IMG/VR virus record: IMGVR_UViG_3300017613_001944
Span: 18,212 to 82,211 of that record
Origin: a virus
Length of the DNA stretch: 64,000 nucleotides
Strand: one strand, 5' to 3'
This document shows, one piece after another, positions 41,192 through 51,164 of the stretch (the first letter of the stretch is position 1; each line of letters starts with the position of its first letter). A model generated the notes under the pieces. That model ran no database searches, had not been told where the DNA came from, and worked only from the letters and a program-made list of their open reading frames with translations. A program made the position numbers and the translations under genes.

Positions 41192-41384
41192 TAGTCCTCC
41201 TCTTCGTCATCTTCTTCAAGGTCTTTACCGCCGCAGTTGGGACAGTAGCTAAAGTCCTGGTCATCCAGATCATCAGTCAGAGCAACCAGTTCGTCTGGTT
41301 CCCCTTGCCAAAGGCACTCATTGCATATCAGATACACAGTCATCATATTTCCTTTCACCCAACCCCCGCCGGAGGCGACAACGG

Positions 41385-42746
41385 TTACACTATTGCAATC
41401 CCCTCCACAATACGGCGGTGCCTGGTCTCAATCCAGTAGTCCTTGTACTTCTCGCGTGGGTCTATGGTATGTCCATTCTCATCTACAAGGATGGTTGCTC
41501 TCGCCTTCCAGCACTTCCCTCTCATCATCTTGTTACCCATGGCGTCGATGAGGTTCATCGACCAGAGATGGATCATCGTTGACGCAATGTTTTGGACTAC
41601 TGATCCACCAAACTGGGCGTCAGGTCCCCTCTCCTCCTCCTGCCGAGCCCCCTTGGTGTACTGGTTTAACATCACACCGACGTGATTGTTTCTGCTAACT
41701 GCTTGCAGAGTTTTTGAGAACAGGGATATGTACCTTTGGTACTCCCTCATATTGCTAGCTGCCTCGCTTTGTCCTACGATAGCGAAGGCGTGGTCTATTA
41801 TCACTAGGCTTGGTTCTGTAATGGATGAGACGATTGATACTACTTCGTCCTCTCCACGGCTAGTCCTGTATATTCTTATTGGCAAATCTCCGTAGTACTC
41901 ATCCCATAAGTCACGCACTTTCTTTAGATTGTTCTTGGTTCTGTATCCAAAGTCGTAGCGTATTCTCTGGGCGAAGCTGGCATCCAATTTGCCTGTCTGT
42001 AATAGCATACCCATCTTGATCTCGAGCTGATCCGTCTCTGCTGCAATTATCACAGTTGATACAGGTGGACGCGGCTTGAAACCTGGCGGGTCCATGATGG
42101 TTATACCTCTAACGTTGGCTGTCGCCATCTGGATAGCACCAGTAGTCTTACCTGCCCCCGGATCTCCCGCTATGAAGTGGAGTTCTCCCGACACTAAACG
42201 TAACCACTCATCAATGAACGGTATTCCGGTGAAGGTGAACCATCCATCGGCACCCTCCAACTGATCTGCTGGGTTGGTGGTGAGAGGATTCCTCATCCTC
42301 ACGTAGCGTGTACTGAGCCTGTCTAGCTCTGACTGAGAGACAACAATCCTCTCCTGGGGATCTGTCTCCTCATCGTAGGCTGATGTGATTAGCTCCCTGC
42401 CCACCAGGATCTCCTCCCGGCGCACAGCCTTGCTGATTACAATCTTGATCCAAGTCTCCACTTCATCTAGTGGTACCTCTGGCGGCTCCTTCAATAGCTT
42501 CTGTACTTTAGTGTTCCACCTGTCTCTTATTACCAGGTATTCATACAGTGTCTCTGGTGTAACTACATCACCATCGTCCCTGAGTGCCACGATGCCCTCC
42601 CACATCCAGCCAAGGTATATCCAGTGAAAATCTTCCACACTCAGCCCTCTTCCCTGAGCCATGGGGATCACTTTGTCTGGATAGGACAGCCCTGCTGTTA
42701 CAAGTCTTCTCTCTGCCTCAATGCTACGTGGTTGTTCTCTTGGCAT
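41385..42746 (-). CDS. DnaB-like replicative helicase
   Basis: PRSIEAE N-terminus, TGIPFID, GDPGAGKTT, VIIDH, LNQ. Confidence 0.8.
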   Translation of the reverse strand: MPREQPRSIEAERRLVTAGLSYPDKVIPMAQGRGLSVEDFHWIYLGWMWEGIVALRDDGDVVTPETLYEYLVIRDRWNTKVQKLLKEPPEVPLDEVETWIKIVISKAVRREEILVGRELITSAYDEETDPQERIVVSQSELDRLSTRYVRMRNPLTTNPADQLEGADGWFTFTGIPFIDEWLRLVSGELHFIAGDPGAGKTTGAIQMATANVRGITIMDPPGFKPRPPVSTVIIAAETDQLEIKMGMLLQTGKLDASFAQRIRYDFGYRTKNNLKKVRDLWDEYYGDLPIRIYRTSRGEDEVVSIVSSITEPSLVIIDHAFAIVGQSEAASNMREYQRYISLFSKTLQAVSRNNHVGVMLNQYTKGARQEEERGPDAQFGGSVVQNIASTMIHLWSMNLIDAMGNKMMRGKCWKARATILVDENGHTIDPREKYKDYWIETRHRRIVEGIAIV

Positions 42747-43123
42747 GATGCTCCTTCCTGTACTTTATACCAGTCAGCCCACTGCCCACAGTAGCCGTGT
42801 CTCTTCTGCCCTGACACCGCCTCGCCGGGGTTAATTGGCTGTAAACATATCCAGCTATGCTTGACTGCCAGGTCCTTGTATTGCCAGTGACAATTGCAGC
42901 AGCATTTCCCCAGTATCTCAAGTCTACACTCCGGGTCAGTGATACGCTTCTTTGTTGATCCGATCACGCGCCATATAGCACCCGACGCACGCTCCTTAAT
43001 CACCATCCCAATAGGCCAACAGCCTATTGACAGTGTCTCTGCGAAGTCTAGCTTACCAAACTTTGCCCCACTGTACATCCTGTCGGGGCAGTAGATCACC
43101 TTGAACGCATTACTTGTTGTCAT
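42698..43123 (-). CDS. Hypothetical Cys-rich protein
   Basis: ORF in the operon. Confidence 0.45.
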   Translation of the reverse strand: MTTSNAFKVIYCPDRMYSGAKFGKLDFAETLSIGCWPIGMVIKERASGAIWRVIGSTKKRITDPECRLEILGKCCCNCHWQYKDLAVKHSWICLQPINPGEAVSGQKRHGYCGQWADWYKVQEGASCQENNHVALRQREDL

Positions 43124-43729
43124 TTACTCCTCGACTATGAAGGTGTAACCGTATTGTCTGCTCTTGGCTAGTCCCAGTGAACGACCATTCTGGCGACCAT
43201 CTCTGTTGTGCCAGTACACCAGGACAGGAGCATAGAGGATGAGATCATCTACTTCTTGATCCCGTTGACTGTATGAAAAGTTAATTATCTGTGAGTGGTG
43301 GACAAAGAACACAATATGTCCTTCGTCTCTCATTGTTCTTGCCAAGATCCCAGCGTACTCACTGGAGTCCTTGCTTGGTGGCTTGAGCATTGGCTCCTTG
43401 CTAACCCCCAAGGGGTTTCTCTCCAGGCCACTGTAGTATTCCTCTACTTTGATCTTGGCTGTGGATGCTATCCTGCTCTTGTTCCATATCTTTGGGATTG
43501 GATAGCTTAACCCGGCAGCTTGAATTGCCCACTGTGCTTCTTTTGATCGGTGTTCCCACTCGTGATAGGGGCAGCGCCGGGGCTCATTATCTACGAATAG
43601 ATTGGGCCATGTACCTTCTGCGTTATCACAGGCACACGTTGCTCTCTCTTTATAGAAATGTATATACGATAGGCAGATGCTGCGGATCACGGGGGTCTTT
43701 ATGGTGGCGTAATCAAAGGATGTTGTCAC
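43124..43729 (-). CDS. Degenerate DnaC/IstB-like helicase loader
   Basis: Zn-finger N-terminus, DnaC-like layout, no intact Walker A; synteny. Confidence 0.4.
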   Translation of the reverse strand: MTTSFDYATIKTPVIRSICLSYIHFYKERATCACDNAEGTWPNLFVDNEPRRCPYHEWEHRSKEAQWAIQAAGLSYPIPKIWNKSRIASTAKIKVEEYYSGLERNPLGVSKEPMLKPPSKDSSEYAGILARTMRDEGHIVFFVHHSQIINFSYSQRDQEVDDLILYAPVLVYWHNRDGRQNGRSLGLAKSRQYGYTFIVEE

Positions 43730-44159
43730 CCACTTTCTCCTCTCTAATTCCTTGCTTACGTGCTTTCTTGTGAAGTGTGTTGATGGTGAAGGCCATGGTA
43801 CCTCTGCCCTTGCGTTGCTTTACGCAGTAGTCTATGGTTCTACGTACATCAGAATCACTTAGCGTGGACACCGCCTCACTCCAGCGGTGGTACTGTGCGC
43901 CATTCTTGAATTTCTCTGTCCCTACTTGTTCCATCAGGTATATAGCTAGATCTGTTTCTGGAAAGAGGAAAAGTTGGTCCCACTCTTTGCTGTAGAGCCA
44001 CACTACCCGCTCATCACACACTTCACATCTGTCTACCTGTTGTGTCAGTTGTTCCCCGCATTTGCAGTACCCCGTGTATTCGGATGCGATGAACGGATCG
44101 TAGTGGTCCCCGAGTCCTCGTGTGATATTTCGTAAGTTGAGTGTTGTGTACTTCCGCAT
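43713..44159 (-). CDS. Zinc-finger protein (replication module)
   Basis: CKCG..CEVC. Confidence 0.45.
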   Translation of the reverse strand: MRKYTTLNLRNITRGLGDHYDPFIASEYTGYCKCGEQLTQQVDRCEVCDERVVWLYSKEWDQLFLFPETDLAIYLMEQVGTEKFKNGAQYHRWSEAVSTLSDSDVRRTIDYCVKQRKGRGTMAFTINTLHKKARKQGIREEKVGDNIL

Positions 44160-44243
44160 CTACATTTACACCTCATCGCTTCACTATAGGATCTGCACGG
44201 TTCTTTCCTTTGCTTGCCGCAGTTCAGACAAGTCACATAGATC

Positions 44244-45125
44244 TCAGGTGATGACAATTTCCACGCTCCCTTTCTTCCGACGGATGTCTGCTACTACCAG
44301 GTCCCACTCTACTTGCTGGCCCAGTAGTCTAACCGCTGGACCAATGCTATCCTTGTCGGCAAAGTGGACGACTATGAAAGCATCCTCTCCATTCACGTTC
44401 ACACTGGCGTGACCAGGCTTGTCTCTCTGCTGTCGAAACTTGGTCCTCACCGCATCTCTCGTGGGGATCTTCTGTATTTCCTCGAGTACCTTTGCAATCC
44501 TCTTGGGCGATTGCTTCTCTTTCACCATCCCACGGATAGCGGATACCGCCTCCATTGTCTTGCCCAGGTGCTCCTTGGTGAGGTTGTCCTCAATGGCTAC
44601 GTCACCTGCATCCAGGTAGGGTACGATTTGTGACAGGGCTACCAACTCATAGAATCTACTGGTGCCCTGGATACCGGCATTCCTCATGAAGTCTTTGATG
44701 TCCTGCATCTTATCGGGGTACATCGCGGTGGGGGGATGGTATAACCATAGCTGCTCTCTTGCCACCTTGAGGACTACTGCTACTTGCATCTGACCAAGAC
44801 TGAGCTTGCGGTTCTCGATCTCGGTTAGCATATTCATTGCCACCTTGGATTGATATGTCCTCGCCTCAGCGTCTGGGTCATCAGCGGTGGCGGTGAGCTC
44901 TGCCTCTGCGGAGATCTCCAGATAGGTACGCTCTAGCTGTGTCATGCGTACTATTTCCTCTGCTGGCAGTTCTCCCATATCCACTTCTAAATACTCAGTA
45001 CCCCCTCCCATTCCTGCCGCCTTCTTCGCTTCCTTCTCACTATCGTATAAGATGGGTGCGTTGTCCTCATCCGTCAATGTCAGACCCTCAAAGTCAAAAG
45101 CATGCCATCTGTCAACCTTTACCAT
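44244..45125 (-). CDS. Hypothetical protein
   Basis: 293-aa ORF with a strong RBS. Confidence 0.6.
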   Translation of the reverse strand: MVKVDRWHAFDFEGLTLTDEDNAPILYDSEKEAKKAAGMGGGTEYLEVDMGELPAEEIVRMTQLERTYLEISAEAELTATADDPDAEARTYQSKVAMNMLTEIENRKLSLGQMQVAVVLKVAREQLWLYHPPTAMYPDKMQDIKDFMRNAGIQGTSRFYELVALSQIVPYLDAGDVAIEDNLTKEHLGKTMEAVSAIRGMVKEKQSPKRIAKVLEEIQKIPTRDAVRTKFRQQRDKPGHASVNVNGEDAFIVVHFADKDSIGPAVRLLGQQVEWDLVVADIRRKKGSVEIVIT

Positions 45126-45133
45126 AGCTCCTC

Positions 45134-45688
45134 CTATGTTGCTGGGTGTGTGTAAGGTACGGTGATCTTTCCGCCCTCGTAGACTAGCTTGTAGTGGTAG
45201 AACTGTGAGACAATATCGTATCGTACTATCGGGGATTCCTCTCCCTTCTTCAACCTAAAGGGGATTGACTTTTCGCCCAGGGATTCCACCTCTTTCCAGA
45301 AAATCCATGGCACAAGATAGGCTGCAACTAGCGTGTCTTTACTCTTCTGTTTGTCGATGATCCCCAGCCCAATGTAGGCTATCTCCTCTATCTTATCTAG
45401 CTTGTCCCTCTGGTCACTGGTGATACGCCCAAACGCAAATGACTTGGCATCCTTCAGCTTGAGAACCTTAGCCTCCATCGCCATACCCACTCCCTGCTCA
45501 CGAAGGAACAGGACATCGGGGACCCCGCTGGGCGGGACTATCAGGGTGCCGCACTTGTAGCACTTGGCGGCATCCCGTTGCTTGTACCATTCATACCCAT
45601 GCTCATGTAACCCGTGACAAATCTTCAGTCTGACAAACGCTTCGTCCATTGACTGCCTTGTACCTTCGTGCACACCCCACCTCTCCAC
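45134..45688 (-). CDS. RecU-like Holliday junction resolvase
   Basis: GVPD..MEAK..FAFGRITSDQ..L. Confidence 0.65.
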   Translation of the reverse strand: MERWGVHEGTRQSMDEAFVRLKICHGLHEHGYEWYKQRDAAKCYKCGTLIVPPSGVPDVLFLREQGVGMAMEAKVLKLKDAKSFAFGRITSDQRDKLDKIEEIAYIGLGIIDKQKSKDTLVAAYLVPWIFWKEVESLGEKSIPFRLKKGEESPIVRYDIVSQFYHYKLVYEGGKITVPYTHPAT

Positions 45689-45842
45689 ACTCTTCTACCA
45701 AGCCCTGCTCCTGCAACTTGAGGATGGTATGACGTGCACTACTTCGCCAATTGATCTCGTCCACTGCTTCTACTATCTCCGCCAGCGTCGGAGGCATTTG
45801 ATTCTTCTGCTGGTACTCCACCATAAACTGATATACTGACAT
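45603..45842 (-). CDS. LexA-type DNA-binding domain protein (no peptidase domain)
   Basis: YQQKNQMPPTLAEI..SSARHTILKLQEQGLV. Confidence 0.7.
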   Translation of the reverse strand: MSVYQFMVEYQQKNQMPPTLAEIVEAVDEINWRSSARHTILKLQEQGLVEECGEVGCARRYKAVNGRSVCQTEDLSRVT

Positions 45843-45857
45843 ACTTCCCTCCCATTT

Positions 45858-45891
45858 TGTACAGTATATCATAGGGAGAAATGAATGTCAA
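45858..45891 (-). promoter_or_regulatory. Sigma70 promoter with TGTACA box
   Basis: TTGACA-17nt-TATACT-GTACAAAA, the same 3' end as the 33.9 kb promoter. Confidence 0.8.
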
Positions 45892-46232
45892 CACTTGGCA
45901 GTATCCTTTGGTACCTCGACACCGTATTTCTTTTGCAGCTCCTCACAGAACTCAGTAAGCTCAATAGCTATTTTATCTCTTGTCTCAGTCCTCCCTTCCG
46001 GCAGCGAGAATATTACTCTAATCACAGGCCACTTATCAGCGCCGCCAAAAGATTCCTTTCCGCTGCCGTTGTAATGGTAGATGGCGGAGACTCGAATGCC
46101 GTTACTGCTCAGGTGTCCAGGCCCTGCCGCCCACGCAGGGAGATCATAGTAGTATCTGTCTGGTATGTCTTCCCATTCTGGTGGGTGTGTTTCTACACTA
46201 TATTTTCGCTCGTACTGTTTGATGTATGTCAT
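45888..46232 (-). CDS. Hypothetical protein
   Basis: GGAGG RBS. Confidence 0.5.
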   Translation of the reverse strand: MTYIKQYERKYSVETHPPEWEDIPDRYYYDLPAWAAGPGHLSSNGIRVSAIYHYNGSGKESFGGADKWPVIRVIFSLPEGRTETRDKIAIELTEFCEELQKKYGVEVPKDTAKC

Positions 46233-46244
46233 GCTACCTCCACG

Positions 46245-46718
46245 TCAACGGTACTTTTCTAGTGGGTCTTTTTCGTACTCAGCTATTTTCTCTAATAGCT
46301 TCACTCTTCTTGCGCCGATAGTTCCAACTGGTGCTCTTCCAAAAAGATGGTTGGGCCATCCGTTATACGTCTCTGGCCCTGTGCGAAATACGTCTTGGAA
46401 TGTTGCATCGTTCCACATCACACACATTCTCTTGGCGGTATGGTTTATGCCACGGTAGTGCAGGGCGGTTAGCCACTTCACCTCTGTCACTCCCTCCATT
46501 TTGACAGTCCATAGCTCCCATGGGAGAGTGTCCAACATCTTCACCCAGTCAAGCACATAGTCCATACTTACTGCCTCTTTGTTAAAGCAGATTATTGGTC
46601 CATATTTTCCCTCAATCCATCGCCCCTTTCTATACCAAACTGCCCACCTTTCCTCCGGCATCATAAGTGACATTCGCCTTCCCTCATAGATCGACACCAG
46701 CTTGAATGCTGTATTCAT
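46245..46718 (-). CDS. Hypothetical protein, paralogue family A
   Basis: AFKLVS..GPIICF..WELW..PVGTIGA.R.KLLE. Confidence 0.55.
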   Translation of the reverse strand: MNTAFKLVSIYEGRRMSLMMPEERWAVWYRKGRWIEGKYGPIICFNKEAVSMDYVLDWVKMLDTLPWELWTVKMEGVTEVKWLTALHYRGINHTAKRMCVMWNDATFQDVFRTGPETYNGWPNHLFGRAPVGTIGARRVKLLEKIAEYEKDPLEKYR

Positions 46719-46719
46719 G

Positions 46720-47388
46720 TCACCTCCACGTCCAGAGTAGACCCAGCCGTAATTCCTTTCTCTCTAGCGGGTGGAACCCCAGTATCCTGTTGAAGAACCA
46801 ATAGGCACAGTCAATGTAGCCATCCGAGTATCTGTAGAATGTGTTGTATAGATGCTTGTCATCTAGTCTGCGTTGATACTCACTCACCATGTGCGGGTAT
46901 GGCACAGTAACTCCAGCCTTGCTTGCCTTCCACCAGTAGGCATCCTCTGCGGCGTTGTCTTCTGTCTCCACTTGGGGAATTTCTATAAAGGACGATCTAG
47001 TATGGTACTCGGGGTGGATGGCGGCTAGTGCCCATAGGCAGTCGTGGTCATAGGGCAACTGCCTCAGTACATAGAACGCCCAACCCGGTATACCGTACTC
47101 ATTATCGAACTCGAGATAGTCGTCCACTCTCCTGGGGCAGTGGTTAAAACCATTCGCCATCCAGAGGTACATGTCCCAACGGAACTTCTCGCTGTTCTCC
47201 TTATCCGCTTTGTATTCCTTGTGTGATCTGTCCATCTCCTCTTCGCTGGGACCAAATACAGGCTTGTTCCTTGTACCCTCTGGTAGATACCAGCGCTCAT
47301 CTGTTATTGTGCACTTGCCTTCCTTCTCGTGGTAATTGTGCAGTAGCTTCAGCCCAACTACAAAGCTGAGTCGTGGTCTAATTCCCAT
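46720..47388 (-). CDS. Hypothetical protein
   Basis: 222-aa ORF. Confidence 0.5.
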   Translation of the reverse strand: MGIRPRLSFVVGLKLLHNYHEKEGKCTITDERWYLPEGTRNKPVFGPSEEEMDRSHKEYKADKENSEKFRWDMYLWMANGFNHCPRRVDDYLEFDNEYGIPGWAFYVLRQLPYDHDCLWALAAIHPEYHTRSSFIEIPQVETEDNAAEDAYWWKASKAGVTVPYPHMVSEYQRRLDDKHLYNTFYRYSDGYIDCAYWFFNRILGFHPLERKELRLGLLWTWR

Positions 47389-47886
47389 CTAGGTATAGCT
47401 CCTGACTGGCTTCTGAACCCTCTCCAGCAACCTAATCCTCTTAGCTCCTATTGTTCCGTCTGGTGGTTCCCCAAATTGCCAGTATCCCAGTGGCCCTGTC
47501 CAGTTCCCTGCGTTGTGATATGTATTGAAAGCCGTCTTCTTGAACAGTTCGTCACTCCATAAGATTTCCATTCTCTCGGTAAATCTCTTCTCATCATATA
47601 GATCCATCACCAAAACCCAGTCAACTGTTACCGGCTCCTCTATCTCGACAATCCACAGCTCCCACGCAATATTGCCGTATTCCTCTTTCCATCCCTTACG
47701 TATCTTTTTTGCCCAGCCCCACACCCCCCAGCTTGATCTTATATCTCTATCAAAGCAAAGAATGGGGCCAACACCACTCTCCGTCCACTCTTCTGTACTA
47801 TATTCCAGTGCCCACTCCTGGTCTGGAGTAACAAACGATTTGCGTTTGTCGCCCACCAGTGATACTAACTTGTACGCCGTTAACAT
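47389..47886 (-). CDS. Hypothetical protein, paralogue family A
   Basis: AYKLVS..GPILCF..WELW..PDGTIGA.R.RLLE. Confidence 0.55.
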   Translation of the reverse strand: MLTAYKLVSLVGDKRKSFVTPDQEWALEYSTEEWTESGVGPILCFDRDIRSSWGVWGWAKKIRKGWKEEYGNIAWELWIVEIEEPVTVDWVLVMDLYDEKRFTERMEILWSDELFKKTAFNTYHNAGNWTGPLGYWQFGEPPDGTIGAKRIRLLERVQKPVRSYT

Positions 47887-47887
47887 T

Positions 47888-49159
47888 TTATTTCCTCACT
47901 GCATACGATACGATGATCCCACCGGCAATCTCTGCAATCTTATTGGCTATGTCATCGCCGGGACCTGCGCCCTCTGCGTGGGCCATCTCATGTAGCAGGA
48001 TAGCTACTGCCTTAGCGCGGTTATCTTCCCGTAACTGGGTGAAAGAGATCCTCACATTTCCCTTGCGCTCCTGCCCTAGGATATTATCCTCCAGCACATA
48101 GGCGTCCACCTTCCCGCCGAAACCCGCCCTGTTAGCCAGTCTCCTCAACATATTCAAGGTGCGCTTGTGAGAAGTGTCTAGCTTCTTATCAGGGATGAAC
48201 ACCTTCTTGTTACCCTGCATCTCTTGGATGTACTGTCCATCGGTACCCACTGCCTCAATGACAGCAGCCTCTAGTGCGTGGCCTATTCTCACCGGCTTGG
48301 CACCTATGTGCTCTGCCATGTCAGCAGCAGATTTGTCTGTCTCAACCACTGCCCACTTGCCGTGTACCCGCTTGAATGCCAACTCAAAGGATGCACGATT
48401 GGTCACTTTATGTGAGCCTACCTGTGCGCCATTCTCTGCACAGCCATCGTCAACTGCTATGAAGAAGCGCTCTAGCAGATCCACATCTGTGACAGAGGCC
48501 CATATCTTCCCGGCTTCCCAGTTTACATTCCATCCACTGACAACGCCTCTGTCCCGATTCATCTCGGCGTCGATCAGGTTGTACCCAAAGTGATAGGGGT
48601 TGCCGTAGCCCTTGGCCTTCTGTACCCACACACTCTTGACGAAGATATCGGGATCGTCCTGCTCTAGTACAGAGCGCCCATACACATCGGTGTATAGAAT
48701 ACGGGGATCTCCAGGTCTAATGAATCTGTCCCCATAGGTGGGATGCTCCCAGCCCTTAATGGTGAGCACAGTCTCGAAAGTCTCCTCTTTCCCGTTCTCC
48801 CACACTATCTTGAAGACATCCTCACCCTCCAGTGTTGCTGGCTCGTTCCACAGTATCCTAGTCCCACTGCGAATCTCTGCGCGCAGTCCCATACGGGTCA
48901 GCATCAACAGGGCTAGCTTCAGGCCCTCACCAAACTGCCCAACAGCATTCTCTTTCTTCTCCGACACACCAAGTAGCAGGTGTCTGATTGCCAAGCCCTC
49001 ACCCAGACTCCTAATGGTGAGCACATCGCCGGAGAGATTGATCGTAAAGTTGGGGTCTTCATCCAGAGCATTGGTTACTAGCTCTCTAACAATGAACCAC
49101 GCCTGGTCATCGACGTGGTCCATATACTCCATAGTGATCGGATACAATAACTCAGGCAT
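47888..49159 (-). CDS. GHKL-type ATPase fused to an HExxH metallopeptidase-like domain
   Basis: RELVTNALD, GQFGEGLKLA, LLHEMAH. Confidence 0.7.
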   Translation of the reverse strand: MPELLYPITMEYMDHVDDQAWFIVRELVTNALDEDPNFTINLSGDVLTIRSLGEGLAIRHLLLGVSEKKENAVGQFGEGLKLALLMLTRMGLRAEIRSGTRILWNEPATLEGEDVFKIVWENGKEETFETVLTIKGWEHPTYGDRFIRPGDPRILYTDVYGRSVLEQDDPDIFVKSVWVQKAKGYGNPYHFGYNLIDAEMNRDRGVVSGWNVNWEAGKIWASVTDVDLLERFFIAVDDGCAENGAQVGSHKVTNRASFELAFKRVHGKWAVVETDKSAADMAEHIGAKPVRIGHALEAAVIEAVGTDGQYIQEMQGNKKVFIPDKKLDTSHKRTLNMLRRLANRAGFGGKVDAYVLEDNILGQERKGNVRISFTQLREDNRAKAVAILLHEMAHAEGAGPGDDIANKIAEIAGGIIVSYAVRK

Positions 49160-49171
49160 TGCTACTCCTTT

Positions 49172-49399
49172 CTAGTCCCCTATCACAATGAGACGCCGGG
49201 GGAAATAGATATGCTTCACTGCGCTCTCTTTAAACGTGATCTCAAAATCAGCTTTGATACTTGCTATAGTGTCCTTGACACTCCATAGTCCAGATGGGCA
49301 GTTTACTAGAGGCCCATAGAACAGCCCCTTGCTAGTGTATAACGCCACGACTCGGTACTTATCATGTTCTATCTGCTTGAGCTCATCATGCACAGACAC
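49172..49399 (-). CDS. Hypothetical protein
   Basis: RBS plus GTG start. Confidence 0.45.
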   Translation of the reverse strand: MSVHDELKQIEHDKYRVVALYTSKGLFYGPLVNCPSGLWSVKDTIASIKADFEITFKESAVKHIYFPRRLIVIGD

Positions 49400-49980
49400 T
49401 ACCAGCCTCCTCTAGCTTCAGCTATACCAACTGCCATGTGGTTACAGTAGATGTCATAACAGATCTCGCATAGGGTAGTACCGTCTTCCAGCTCATAGTA
49501 TTTCATTGGGCACTCTCTTACTTCATCTTTCAATGACTCGGTTCCACACTCCTCGCAGTGAAACTCCACAGCTAGTCCTCTCCTTTCACCCTCTTTCCAA
49601 GGCCAACCAATCTATTACCCAGACCAACCAACCCACCTCCAACCATCGACCTGAACGTGGACATGCCTGTGATAACTATACTTCTCCAAGTGGACATTCC
49701 TTCTGGTTCATTCATTACTCTGTCTCCTTGCTAAATTTTTCTATAACGGCTATCGACATCTTGTGCATTATATACATGAATGGAAAGCACAAGGCTATCC
49801 CCATTACCAGGGCAGCCACTTCTCTTGTGCCTATACTGCTGGGCATCCGGCTGCTATCTCTGCAAGCTTGATGACCAGAGCGACCAACATCATGAGTCCC
49901 AAGAGCCCAAATATCAAGCACCCTTCTATGTTTTCATTAAGCACTTCCCAGAATCCCATCGCTATCTCCTTATAAGAGTG

Positions 49981-50090
49981 GGGGCAGTGGCCCCCATGAC
50001 CACTGCCCCGCTATTAAGTTGTACTCCCGACTCCCCGTGAACCGACCTAGCTTGTCGGGAGTGAATAGCAGTACCCGAAGGCACTGTCAA
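49981..50090 (-). other. Intergenic triple-hairpin element
   Basis: Stems CAGTGCC-TTCG-GGTACTG, ACTCCCGAC/GTCGGGAGT, GGGGCAGTGG/CCACTGCCCC. Confidence 0.55.
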
Positions 50091-50121
50091 TTCCGTCTTA
50101 CTTGTTGTTGTCTGGCGTTCA

Positions 50122-50538
50122 TCAGAGCTCACTTCTGAGCTCATTCCAATCTATTTGCTGAGTCTCGTACTCGTGCGGATTGCCCTTTATCATTGCACGA
50201 AAGCTAAAGTACTCACTTGATATCTTTATGATCGAGTAGTCTGTATACAGCTCATGTGCATCCGGTGCCGGGTCTTCTAACATTATGTCCCATCCTGAAT
50301 CACTGTCCACAGACTCCTCAAGATCTTCAGGCATGTCATCGCAGAATACAGGCAAGCAATAGAAGTATTCTATACAGTAAAAGTCACCATCTGTATCTGC
50401 TAAGAACTTGACTAGGCCCATCTGTTTTTCTATCCAGTCTACTAGGCGATCTCCAATACAAAACTTGGCAAACCGTGGACCACCATCTGGCCCCCACACC
50501 CTTGTCACTACCCACTTATAACTCATTAGTGTGAACAC
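50122..50538 (-). CDS. Hypothetical acidic protein
   Basis: Coupled ORF. Confidence 0.45.
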   Translation of the reverse strand: MFTLMSYKWVVTRVWGPDGGPRFAKFCIGDRLVDWIEKQMGLVKFLADTDGDFYCIEYFYCLPVFCDDMPEDLEESVDSDSGWDIMLEDPAPDAHELYTDYSIIKISSEYFSFRAMIKGNPHEYETQQIDWNELRSEL

Positions 50539-50783
50539 TCCTCTCTATGACAGATGCTGCACCGATACCTGTATGAAATCACAGGCTCATCGGGTGAGCA
50601 GTCATCACAGGTAAACAGTGCTGGCTCAAAGCTATCGAACTTCTCACGGAACACCCATAACAGGACATAGAACTCTTTGCCACACACCTCGCAGGTGACA
50701 GGGACTTGCCCCACCTCTTCGTGGTCGTCAGGGTGATTATCATAATCTAGTTCTGCGTTGGATCTAGCTGACAGATATGACAT
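50526..50783 (-). CDS. Small zinc-finger protein
   Basis: Three CxxC pairs. Confidence 0.5.
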   Translation of the reverse strand: MSYLSARSNAELDYDNHPDDHEEVGQVPVTCEVCGKEFYVLLWVFREKFDSFEPALFTCDDCSPDEPVISYRYRCSICHREECSH

Positions 50784-50918
50784 CAGTCTTCCTCGTATGG
50801 ATCTTGTCCAGAGATTATCTTAGCCATAGCACGGAAGGCACCTGCCTCATTGTGCTGTCTGAAGGCTGCAAGCACCACTGTCACGACGAATCCGAACGCC
50901 AGTGAGAAGCCACACAAC

Positions 50919-51164
50919 TCAATTGTCTTCATATTTCTCCAGGCAGCTACTCAGTTCGTCTCTGAATGCCACTAGCACGTCTATGAACTCGGGGAGGATG
51001 TCGTGCCTGATCTTAAACTCTGATCCAGTGACACTTACTGTTATGTCTGTTGGCTTTCCATCAGTTACCACCGTCTCTGCCTTTATAGGTCTGCCCTCTG
51101 CGCCGACATAGACTGTCTCACTTATGATTCTTGTTACCTTCATCTCTCTCCCTTCTAGTTGCAC
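50919..51164 (-). CDS. Hypothetical protein
   Basis: ORF in the operon; start uncertain. Confidence 0.45.
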   Translation of the reverse strand: MQLEGREMKVTRIISETVYVGAEGRPIKAETVVTDGKPTDITVSVTGSEFKIRHDILPEFIDVLVAFRDELSSCLEKYEDN

